64,000 bases of DNA, from assembly GCA_009914755.4 (NCBI GenBank), contig CP068257.2, positions 25,760,001 through 25,824,000 on the forward strand. Direction: 5' to 3'. Source of the stretch: the human T2T-CHM13v2.0 reference genome, Homo sapiens. The notes beneath the pieces are model-generated. The model was not told the DNA's origin. It made no database searches and saw nothing but the letters and a program-made list of their open reading frames with translations. Positions 1-11,905 of the stretch are shown here, one piece after another. A program made the translations under genes and the position numbers. Within the stretch, counting starts at the first letter, position 1. The number at the start of each line of letters is the position of its first letter.

Positions 1-19
1 CTTGTAGATTAAAAACACA

Positions 20-150
20 ACATGTACATACGTGAATATATAAAACATACGCAAACCCACAAACATATACACACATGCAGTCACAGATATACAAACGTAC
101 ATGTATACACATAAATACATACACACACACATACATGTACACACACAGAG
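20..150. repeat. CA/TA-rich low-complexity tract (ACAT/CA-type)
   Basis: Direct reading: runs of acacacac / acatacat / tacatgtac motifs. Confidence 0.6.
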
Positions 151-716
151 ATTCAGAAACACATTTGAGAAGTCTGCCAGGCCTTCTGAAATGTATAAAG
201 ACTCCTGTGGGAGAATATTTTGGGCTCTCTGGCAAGGGTAGACCAGAGTTTGTTTTTAGTATGGATCAGAGTCTGCCCAGAAAGTACTCCATATTGCTGG
301 CCCTGGTAACCCTTACCAACTTCCCTGCACCTCATTTTGACCTTGCCTGTAACTGAAAAACAAAAGCTGCTGCTTTTGTTACTCTTCTTTAAACTGAAAT
401 TTAAGGGAAACATGGCCCCGTTTCTTCCTGATCATTACATCTCACACTTTCATTCTTGTTCCTCTGTCCTGGGTAGCAAGTATTTTTTTAAGTAGAAACT
501 TCCTTCAAATGATTGGATATGCAGATGACTTTTCCGATCCTCAGCTGAGGTGGCCTAAACATAGATGTGTTCATTTGTCCTGTGTTATTTTATTACTTCT
601 GCAAATTATATAAGTTGGGCAACATCTCCAAAATACTTAAGTATAACAAAACTAGAGCTAAGGTTTAGACTTAGCATTTCAGTAATTTTTTTTAATTGAA
701 TGAAGACACTGATTTT

Positions 717-943
717 GTTTTATTTTCTTCTATTTTTATTATGTTTTAAACTTTTACTTTAGGTTCAGGGGTATGTGTGCAGGTTTGTTATATTGGTAAA
801 TTCATGTCACAGGTGTTTCTTGCATAGATTATTTTGTCACCTCAGTACTAAACCGAGTACCTACTAGTTACTTTTTCTGCTCCTCTCCCTCCTCCCAATC
901 TCCACCATCAGGTAGGGCCCGGTGTCTGTTGTTCCCCTTTGTA
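717..943 (-). mobile_element. Ancient L1 3-prime-end fragment (L1PB/L1MA-like), 5-prime truncated, with 14-bp TSD
   Basis: Matches the reverse complement of an old L1 3-prime UTR (aggttcaggggtatgtgtgcaggtttgttatat...cctcctcccaatctccacc...ggcccggtgtctgttgttcccct). T-rich degenerate tail at the low-coordinate side. TSD aagacactgatttt at 703-716 and 943-956. Confidence 0.6.
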
Positions 944-3344
944 AGACACTGATTTTAATGGCTATCAAACCATTAAGACTGTTGATATTAGAAAATTTTG
1001 TGAGGTTATTGAAAATAATTATATAAGTTGGGCAACAACTTATTGACTTTGTTCTGTACCATATAGGCAAGAAGAATTCTACAAGTGAAATTGTGGTTAC
1101 AACTTTTAAACTATCTTAGATTAATTCTTGTGGTATGCAGAATCCTAAGATGGCCTCCAAAAATTCTGCCCCCTGTGTATATACCTTTTCTATCCCCTTC
1201 CTTAATTACAGAGGAAAGCTACACATATGATAGCTGTCACTGCCATGATTGTTATATAACAAAAGAGAAGCAGATTTGCACATACAATTATGGTTCCAAA
1301 TCAGTTGGACTGAAGTAATCAAGGGGAGAATATTTAGCAGGCCTAATGAGACAAACCCTTTCAAAGTGGATCTGGATGTCAGAGACTGTCTCTCCTGCTG
1401 GTTTTGGAGTAGCAGGCCACCAAGAGTTAGGTAATCACACAGAAGTTAAATTTGCCAATGACTTTATGGCCTTCTAAACCTTAGATGAGACATCAGCCCC
1501 AGCCGACACCTTAATTTCAGCTTTGTGAGACCCTAAGCAGAAGACTCAATTAGGCCATTCCCAGGTTCCTAATCCACGGAAATAGTTAGACAATCTATGT
1601 ATGTTCTTTTAAACTGCCAAATTCAAGATAATTTGTTATACAGCAAATGAAAACTAATACAACTCTCCTACTGAGTTTGCAAATACAGCAAAGCATAACC
1701 ATTTAACAGTTAAATAATACTAAAGTAAATCATTCTAAAATTAATGATTTATACTTCTTGTATTAATAATTTTAATAATCAATATTAATTGGTTATTAAA
1801 TATTATTACATATATAATAAGTAATATCAGTTCAATTCTTGCCGTATACCTAGTAAGACATGTCAAAACATTCTTTTTCAGTGTGACAGATTGATTGCTA
1901 AAGTTTTCCCATTTTTCTACTCTCTTGGTATCCATGCCCCAGGCAATTTAACTTTGTGTCTTTCATCAAGAGGTAGAATCTATTTGCTGTACTGGCGATG
2001 TGACTTGCTTTGGCCCGTAGAATATGTTGGAAACGATGGTGTGCCAGTTTCAAGCCTAGGTCTTAGGGAAGCCTGCATGTCTCTGGTCTCTTGGGACTCT
2101 ACCAAGACCTAAGAAAAACCTTAGGCTAGCTTGCTGTAGTATGAGACATGTGGACAAATCCTAATGGTTCCAACTATCCCAGACAGTCTGTGTTTAGCTA
2201 ACTCTTCGCCTGATCACAGATGCTTGAGCAATCTCAGTTGGGAGCAGCTAAGCCTCACTAGCTCAGCAGACCTATTCAGTGAACCCATAGGTAAGTAAGA
2301 AACAAAAAAATGTTAGTTGTTTTAAGCTATTATGTTTTGGTGCAGTTTGTTGCTCAACAATATATTGGTTATAGTTAATACATACAATAAATAATGTTTA
2401 TAATAAAAGCAAATACCATGATTGAATTTTATTTTGAATCTTTTTCATTTTTACAAAAGATAAAATAATAATTATACAGTATTTCCTGATACATTATAAT
2501 TACTGTATAATATGTATAACTTTATCATATTTACTGTGAAATAATAAATTCAAAATATCAATTTCAATATATGTTTTACACACTCATTTTGTAGATGCTT
2601 TATGTGATTTATAAATGCAAATATAAAACTTCTGTCCTCACTAACTGCTAGCCACAGAGTCAATGACAGGGATATTAAAAGTTATAAAGGCTTATCAACA
2701 ATATGATGCTTGGATGTGCGTCATTATAGTGTACTTCCGTATTTTTCAAGTTGTTCAGCCAGAGCGTGGAGATCTTCAGTAAGAAAACTCATTGTTCTTT
2801 GAAGACAACTTATTTTATCCTTGGATTGCTCTGAGCATTAAAAATGTTTTTCGTTATTTGGGCCAAACATTGTTGTCCTCTAATTTGTATGCACTGATCC
2901 TAGTTCTATCTGCTAGGGGGCTTAGGGCTCACGTAGGGCAGATTTAATTCCTGTTGCACCCAGGTTATGGTACTTTGTTATGGCAGCCATTAGGAAACTC
3001 ATACACCAACTAACCCCATAATACCACTAATTTTGACTAAATATTCTAATGTAGCAAATACTTTGTTACCCAGAGCCATGCCTTCTATAGGCACTCGACT
3101 ACAGGTATCTACAAATGATATTTTGGATAAATGTTTGCCACTGCATGCCGTGAACTACTAGTCCCCCTTTACCAATGGAAACAAGGTCATTATGCCTTTA
3201 ATATGCTCAAAACAGAGAATCATAGCCAGAATATTCAGAACTAATTAAGGAGAGAACTTATCCTTAAGATTCTATTTCTCTAGGACCACTCTGGTACACA
3301 ATTCTGTTTAAATCAAGTAAGAGAAAGGAAGAGAGAGGGAGAAA

Positions 3345-3436
3345 TGTGTGTGTGTATATATTACATATATATACACACGTACATATATATGCATATACAT
3401 ACACACACACATACATACTTATACATAAATATATAA
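3345..3436. repeat. Compound (TG)n/(TA)n/(CA)n microsatellite
   Basis: Direct reading. Confidence 0.6.
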
Positions 3437-3752
3437 TAGATTCTTTCAAATATATACATATATAATGTTATTACCAGAATTTGGTCTTGCACCTTTGGGG
3501 AAGTGGGTTACGCAGCCTCTATAAAGCTGTCATCTTGCAACTGATACTGGAGTTGAAGTCTACAGAGCCGAAAGTGAGGAAGGGAACATGCACGTAAGTT
3601 GGTGAAGTCAAGCGCAAGCTAGAACTCACAAGCACTAATTAGAACCTCATGAGGACAGACTGAAATTCACATTAGTTGTTTCTGCCTCTGACTCTAGTGA
3701 CAAGTATATTCTGAAGAAGCTGGGCCTTTTTGTTGTGGAGATAAAGACAAAG

Positions 3753-3778
3753 ACACACACACACACACACACACACAC
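3753..3778. repeat. (AC)13 microsatellite
   Basis: Perfect AC dinucleotide run. Confidence 0.9.
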
Positions 3779-4250
3779 GTCTGGCCTAAAAGTCAAAGAA
3801 GTGAAGGAAGACCTAGGGGAAGATAGAAGCTGCAGACAGCCATGGCTTCAAGTCAGTGAGATGAGTTAGCAGATCAGCAAAAGTCTCTATGAGCTGCGAC
3901 ATGTCTTCTCCTTTTCTTCCTTACTCCAAATAACCCTACAATCTTCATTTGTCCTGAAATTTCTATTTAATTCCACACTAAGTAGAAACACACAGGAAAG
4001 GAAATTCTGGAATATGCAGTTCAAGTTCAGTCTAGCCAAGTTAACACATTACAAAGTCATCACAAGCATCAGGCTTTTTATGACCTAGCCTGGGGTGTCA
4101 CAGTATAAACTTAGGGTGTTTGACTGACCTAGTCTATTGTCAATTCCACCTGTCTGTTCTTCACAGTCCCACCGGGAATAAAAAACCTCACATTTCATAA
4201 GGATAATTGTCAAATAATTTGTGGTCATATTTTAAGAGGTACACAGTAGA

Positions 4251-4290
4251 TGTGTGTGTATGTGTGTTTGTGTGTGCATGTGTATGTGAG
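4251..4290. repeat. Imperfect (TG)n microsatellite
   Basis: Direct reading. Confidence 0.7.
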
Positions 4291-6424
4291 AGAGGGAAAT
4301 CGACTGGCATAGAAAATATGGTAAAATGTTGAAAATTGGGGAATCTGGGTGCAGGAAGTAAGAAATATTATTTTTACTGCTTTTGCAGCTTTTTCATCAT
4401 TTTAAATTCTTGAAAAGAACAACATGAGAGAATGGAGGTAGCAACCTAAGGAGAAGTAGATGTTTACTCACATGTATAAAGTTCATTATTTTTCATTATC
4501 ATGTTTTAACAAATTATTTGAAGAGTTAATGAGAAAAAAACGAAGCATGTCTCTACTCTTTGTGTGTCAGATAGCTTCCCCACCTAAATGTCACTGGCTT
4601 GACAGTGCAAAAGAGAGTTGTACGGAACACGCATTTAATTTGAACCAGTAGATTAGCTTAGACGTTTAAATTATCTAGTTACTATAATAATTTACTATTT
4701 TTCTTCTAAACAGAAAAATATCAACTTTATATAGCCATATTTTCTAAACTTGAGGGTACATGAAAGGAATTTCTGCTAACCAGATGTTTTCTTCTTTGCA
4801 TGTAAAGTGGGTCAGTTAAAATTTTGTTATCCAGCATTTCATGTTTTCCAAATAGGCTTGTTTCAGTGATTTGATGAAAATTTGCTAATTTGCCAAGATA
4901 CATCTTTTTCTGAGTGCCAAAAGTTTTAATCTTTTTCTGATTGATTCTTGCTGTCACTCCTTCAGTTTCAGCATGAATGTCAGGGCCCCCTGAACTGCTT
5001 GCAGTCCTGCTCCACTTTCTCAGATAGTTTAGAATTACAGCTTCAGTCTAGGATTGAATGTGGTCATTTCAATCATTTTCCGTTCCCCGAAGAGACTATA
5101 ATTCTCTTATAAAATGCTTATTAGGGAAGACATTGGGAATTCAGAACAATTTTATTTTCTGCTTATCTTCCAAGGGCCATGAGATCAGGATCCAGATGTT
5201 CTGACTCAGCCAAAGGCAGGACTGTTCCCTGGCAAAGGAAAAGTGAGATTATGCATGCAGGAAGCAAAGAGGACTGGGAATGCATATGCCTAAGTGATAG
5301 ATATACCAGCATAGCCACTTCTAATATATTTACTGAGACAGAGAACATAAAGGCTTGTTAGAAGACTGAAGTGTCCTTTGACTGTAACCATTGTAAATGC
5401 AGTTGAAAAATAAAAGATTACATAACAAATTGAAACAAGTATAACAGGGTTATTGAGAAAATAGGTTATCTTGTTTCATACAGTTGGGAAGGTTCAAGTT
5501 AGAGTAGTAGCAGGGAAAGATTTTAAAAGCATCATTACACTTGCTATTAAACAGGAATCATCCTTGCTCTCCCTTCTTTGCTCATTTTTGTACTCCCCAA
5601 GCATCCTCTTCCTGTTTCTACGATTTTTTTTTCTGTCTTCCAACCAAATAAAATGCTATCTGAAAACAGCCGTTTTAAATCTATTTTTACTTCTTTTTCT
5701 TTGTTTCTCCACAGTTGCATTTGCTTACACTGAGAACATATTCCAAGAAGCAAAATAAATTCAGTTTGTGTTTTAATTTTTGAACAACAAATACAAACTA
5801 CTATTAAAGCATTTGTCATCTTTTCTAGTTAAGTTCCTTCATGTCTCCTTCTTTGCCCATTCCAGCTCTCTATATACACGGTTCATCACATCATTCAGGC
5901 TTATACCCAAATGCCATTTCAGAAAGCATAACCTGTGCTACATGTTACCTGAAGCACGCTTCAATTTCAACTAACATGCTTCACTGAAATTTCAAAATAA
6001 TGCTAAATATGATGTCATTTTAATGGCTTATAAGAAAAAGACTTTTGCACATGCATATGCAAAAGTCCATAAAGCAATATCTACGAGAAGTTTCCATCTT
6101 TAAATGAGACAGAGTGAAAAACAAAACAAGCAACTTTTGTCAGTAACCCTCAGCTTACTTGGAGACTTGCCAATTACTATAAGAATGCTGAGTTTTGTAT
6201 TCCTAATTAGTGTGGAGCGTATTGTGCCTTGCTGTCAATTTCCACACAACGAATGGCTTACTGATTCTGACGCTTCCTTCAGCTGAGGGATTACTACTCA
6301 TGAAGCTGACAAAGCTGTGAAAGATGGTGTTAGGCAAGTAAAGCTCAGCGGGCTTTTATGTTGAAAATTTTCTTGGAAGAATGCTAACTTCTATCAAAAA
6401 GTCCATGCCAGGCAGGATAGCTCT

Positions 6425-6830
6425 AGTGATTATATACATATACATATATATATACACACACACACATTTATGTACACATACGCACACACATATATGTATA
6501 TACATATGTGCATTTTATGTACATATATTTGCTATATAATACAGGTGATATATATAACACATTATATATATTATATAAAATATGTATATATAAATAATAT
6601 ATATTATACATAATATTATACATCTCACCTATATTATATAGCAAATATATGTGATATATATATCTGATATATATGTATGTGATATATACATGCATATGAT
6701 ATATATGTATATCTTGTATACATATGTACATTTAATATATAATACAGTTAATATATACTTTATATATAATACCAGTGAAATAGTCAGTATATTGTATATT
6801 CTATATGTAATACCAGTGATATTATTAACC
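6425..6830. repeat. About 400 bp AT-rich low-complexity block ((TA)n/(TACA)n-like)
   Basis: Direct reading. Spurious ORFs 6468..6731 and 6651..6848 translate to Y/I-rich nonsense. Confidence 0.8.
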
Positions 6831-8248
6831 AGTCCTGGACGCAGTTAAATAGAGTAGGCTTGCAAACAATTTGCATGTCAGACTGAAATTAAACTTAAAC
6901 CTCTGCCCCTTAACAAGCCATACTATTTCAAACTTTAAAAAGACTGTAAGGATCATCTAGTCTACTTGTCATCAGCTAGGGAACTCATCTCTTTTATGAT
7001 GTTTTCAGTAGGTACCCAACCCATTTCTGCTTGTTGCAGTCTTTGCACTGTACGCTTAGGAGTCAGATACACTTGGCTTTACATGTTCACTGCAATTCTT
7101 AGCTCTGAGATCTGGGGAAACCTTCTGGGTCTGTTTTCCTCATTTAAATGAGGGTAATATTAGGCATTTCATGTGGTTCTGGGGATTCTGCAAGGTAATA
7201 TATTTAACATTCCCATTATAGAGACCAGAACAATATTTGTTTAATAAATACGTTTCTTTATCCATTCCTTCCAGTTCTGGGAAGGTCATTAACTTCCCAA
7301 TCAGTTTGTTCCACTGTTGAGCTGGAAGAGTTGTTAGAAAGTTCTTTCTTGTACTATAATCTGCCTTTCTGTTATTCTCATCTGTACTTTTCAGTTGTGG
7401 CTTTGAGCTTCCCAGAAGTAGTTTCTGTCTATTCCCATAAGTTAGTAGGTATTGTTTGAAGATGGTAGAATCACCCTATTTTTATCCAGAGTATATATTC
7501 TCAGTTACTTTTACTAATTTTCAATTGATATGGTTTCTGTACAGTTTAACTGTACAGTCTGTTAAAGCAAACTAAATATCACCTGAGAAGGACTCTGTAC
7601 TTCTATATTTGAGTCGTTGTGGATGAACCATAACCTAGTTTAAGAGTCAGAGAAGATTAAAAACCTACCTTAGGAATATGTGCCTGTAACAATAGCTAAG
7701 TCCTGGCTAATCCCAGCCACCATACTTCAATTATTCACACATTGCTGAGTGTTTATTCTGTGTTCAGATAAGGCAAATGCCGAGCTGTAACCAGTCCAGG
7801 CATTCTGTAACTCACTTCCAATTTCTGTACATAATTTTTCTATTTTTGTCTATAAATCTTCTTCCACCACATGACTGTGGCTGTGCTGGAGTCTCTGTGA
7901 ATCTGCTGCGATTTGGGGGCTGCTTAATTTGTGAATCATTCATTGCTCACTTAAACTCCCTTAAATTTAATTTGTCTGAAGTTTTTCTTTTATCAAGTCC
8001 TATCGTACTGGACAAAATTAAGTAGCTGAATGACCCAATCTCTTCTTCCTCAAACTATCCATATTCATCACTCGGAATTTCTGAACACTATATTTAAATT
8101 CATTATGATTTAACTATTTTTTAAATTACATTCAATTTCTAATCACATAAAACCTAGCGATTTTCATGGGAGAACCCACTGGAATTGTATTTTACGACTT
8201 CCTTGTCATTGTCACACAAACCCAAGCATGAGTCCTAAATCTAGCTCT

Positions 8249-8796
8249 ATATTAGTCAGGGTTCTCTAGAGGGACAGGACTAATAAGATAGATGTATATA
8301 TGAAGGAGAGTTTACTAAGGAGTATTGACTTACACGATCACAAGGTGAACTCTCACAATAGGCCATCTGCAAGCTGATGAGAAGGAAGCCAGCCTGTGTC
8401 CCAAAACCTCAAAAGTAGGGAAGCTGGTAGTGCAGCCTTCAGTCTGTGGTCAAAGGGCCAAGAGCCCTGGGCAAACCACTGGTGTAAGCCCAAGAGTCCA
8501 AAAGCTGAAGAACTTGGTGTCCAGTGTTTGAGGAGAGGAAACATCCAGCACAGGAGAAAGATGAAGGCTGGAAGACTTAGCCAGTCTAGTCCTTCCACCT
8601 TCCTCTATCTGCTTTATCCTAGCCACGCTGGCAGCTGATTAGATGGTGCCCACCCAGACTGAGGGTTTGTCTGCCTCTCCCAGTCCACTGACTCAAATGT
8701 TAATCTCCTTTGGCAACACCGTCACAGACACACCTGGAACAATACTTTGCATCCTTCAATCCAATCAAATTGACACTCAGTAATAACCATCACAAG
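8249..8796 (+). mobile_element. LTR-like interspersed repeat, copy a (TG...CA termini, about 550 bp; family not assigned)
   Basis: Starts tattagtcagggttctc, ends ...caaattgacactcagtaataaccatcacaag. Homologous to the copies at 28121, 41337, 44563, 52516 and probably 50090. Confidence 0.6.
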
Positions 8797-9226
8797 TCCA
8801 CTCGTTGTCGACTTGAACCCATATACACCTCCTGAAATCAAACATAATCTTCAAATAAAGACAATAATACGGTCATAATTATGCCTAACATAATACAGCT
8901 ATCCTTTGTACAACCAAAACGCATCGATCTCCAACCTAGATGCTATGACATAAAGTTAACAACACTTAAATTCTCATATGAAGTCAATAAATCTTATGTC
9001 ACACGACAAAGAAAAAAGAAAGGAAATAAAACGAAGATATGTTAGTACAAGTGTATACATGCACAAACATGTTCTTAACAAAATAAGAAGGAAATACTCA
9101 TTACAATTATAGTCTTCTTTTCTACAATTGGTCATGTGGTCATAGCTGGTATTGATGACTACATTCTTCTACTACTCATTCTATATTCTGTTTGCCTTCA
9201 GCAAGCACCTCAGCAGTCATGGATTT

Positions 9227-10310
9227 TTACCTGGTGAAGTGACCCCAAACCTTCATTTCTAAAGAGTCTGGGCCATTTGTAGTCCTTCCCAGACTGGGCT
9301 GTTGTAGTTTCCCATTGACCTTAATCACACGGCTTGGTAATACTAAGAGATGCCCTAAGGGCTCGTGTATTCCACCCATACTCTTCCTTATCTCCATTGT
9401 GGAGTAGTAGACTTGCACAGCAGCCTGGACCTGTTGCAGAGCCTTCTCCTGTTCTGGACCCCACTCAAAGCTGGCAGCCTTTTGGGTCACTCGATAAATG
9501 GGCCAGAGTAATACACCCAAATGAGGAATGTGTTGCCTCCAAAATCCAAGTAGGCCCACTGGGCATTGTGCCTGTTTCTTGGTTGTAGGAGGGGCCAAAG
9601 GTAGCAAGTTATCCTTCACCTTAGAAGGCATATCTCAACAGGCCCCACACCACTGGACCCCTAGAAATTTTACTGAGGTAGAAGGTCCCTGAATTTTAGT
9701 CAGATTTATTTCCCATCCCCTGGCATTCAAATGTCTCACCCATAAGTACAGTGTGTTTTGCTACTTATCATTCACTGGATCCAATCAGCATAACGTCATC
9801 AATGCAATGGACCAGTGTGATATCTTGTGGAAGGGAAAAGCAATCAAGATCTCTGCAAACAAGATTATGGCACAAAGCTGGAGGGTTGATATACCCCTGA
9901 AGTAGGACAGTGACAGTTTATTGCTGGCTTTGCCAGCTGAAGGCAAATTACTTCCGGTGGGCCTTCTGGGCAGGAATGGAGAAAAAGGCATTTGCCAAAT
10001 CAATGGCTACATACCAGGTACCAGAAGATGTGTTAATTTGCTCAAGCAATGAAACCACATCTGGTACAGCAGCTGCAACTGGAGTCGCATTTGGTTAAAC
10101 TTATGATAATCCACTGTCATTCTCCAAGATCCATTTGTCTTCTGCACAGGCCAAATAGAAGATTTGAACAGGGAGTGGAATCACCTCTCCCGTGTCTTTC
10201 AAGTCCTTGAGGGTGGCACTAATCTCTGGCTTCCCTCCAGGGATGTGATATTGTTTTTGATTCACTCTTTTTTCTTTGTCATGTAACATAAGATTTATTG
10301 ACTTCATATG
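9227..10310 (-). mobile_element. ERV internal fragment: pol (RT + connection region), class I / gammaretrovirus-like, degenerate
   Basis: Minus-strand translation around 9950-10090 gives ...[37 protein letters not shown] (cf. MLV RT WYTVLDLKDAFFCLRL). Around 9780-9800 it gives ...[15 protein letters not shown] (the RT YXDD box). ORF 9227..9631(-) has LGFWRQHIPHLGVLLWPIYRVTQKAASFEWGPEQEKALQQVQAAVQ (cf. MLV [48 protein letters not shown]). Confidence 0.75.
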
Positions 10311-10593
10311 GCTGCTGTTGGTTTCCCATGTAATTAAAATGCCCTCTGGGTCAATAGAATCAAATATTTAAACCAATTAATGAAATAAATAATTATACAC
10401 ATCTATCACTGTATACAGTAAAATAAATATTATTTGCATTGTTCTTTAGTCAGTGAACAACGACCTCCTCTTTTCTTGAGTTGATATGAAAGTTGCAAGG
10501 TCGACAGTTAACTCATTAAAGAAAAAAAATCATAGAGATTAAGATAAGGGATAATTACATAGTTTTATGTGTATTTACCTGAAATGTTGTTAA

Positions 10594-10914
<321 letters not shown>

Positions 10915-11605
10915 ACTCTTCTACTCTTACATTAAGTCTACCTAGGTCTGCAGAAGGTATCAGTTACGATGCATTTTTAGTTATGATAATAAGTATAATA
11001 TTAAAGGTGGAGTTTACATTTAAACTCAATACATATGCTAAATTATAAACTAATGGTAATTGTTTGAAAATTGAAACATTTAATCTCTAATACATTTATG
11101 TAATTAAGTATGAATAATAACTATGGAGTGGAGAGTGGTATGTATCTCTTAAAATAGAATTTTAATAATGATAGCATTGCTGGAAGTCCAATTTCTTCTT
11201 AAAAATTAGGCTTGTTCTAAGCAAGATTTGTCATTCTTTATAAATAGTATACAGGAGCTCAAGTGTAATACTTCTTAAACTTTGAAATGAAGATTAATAT
11301 ATGTTTGATAAAAAAAAACTTTGACTGCTTTAAACTTTTTCAAATTAAAATATCCTAGATGATTTATACTCCTGGAAACTGAAAGCTAGACAGACAATCA
11401 AAGATATATTTGTCTACCTGATCTAAAAATAGCCAACACCTTTTAAAATATAACAGAAGCTATTGTCAACAAGACCTAATTGCCTCATTCGTTTCCTTAT
11501 TGACTTGATTCCCTGATGTTGTGTTACTCACTAGAAAGTTTAGTGCTATTCTATTCTCTGTTCCAATTTCATCTGAAAGGGAAGCATATTGGACAAATGT
11601 ATGCC

Positions 11606-11905
11606 TTTTTTTTTTAATTTTTTGAGATGGAGTCTCGCTCTGCCACCCAGGCTAGAGTGCAGTGGCGCAATCTCAGCTCACTACAACCCCCGCCTTCCAG
11701 GGTTCAAGCAATTCTCCTGCCTCAGCCTCCTGAGTAGCTGGGATTACAGGCCATGCGCCACCACTCCCAGCTACTTTTTGTATTTTTAGTAGAGACAAGG
11801 TTTCACCATGTTGGTCAGGCTGGTCTTGAACTCTTTACCTCGTGATCCACCCGCCTTGTCCTCCCGAAGTGCTGGGATTACAAACGTGAGCCACTGTGTC
11901 CGGCC
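11606..11905 (-). mobile_element. Alu (AluS-like), minus orientation
   Basis: Poly-T at 11606, then the reverse complement of the Alu body; contains ggtcttgaactc (AluS-type middle region). Confidence 0.9.

Noticed and set aside
2470-2515. 11-bp inverted repeat attatacagta ... tactgtataat with a 20-bp loop in an AT-rich stretch
   Set aside because: Short stems like this are expected by chance in AT-rich DNA. No flanking signals of a transposon or RNA gene.
9100-9230. Plus-strand peptide ...VIAGIDDYILLLL that superficially resembles a second RT YXDD box in opposite orientation
   Set aside because: Isolated tripeptide match with no flanking RT motifs, ended by a stop. The position does not correspond to an inverted copy of the real RT box at about 9790. 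Treated as coincidence.
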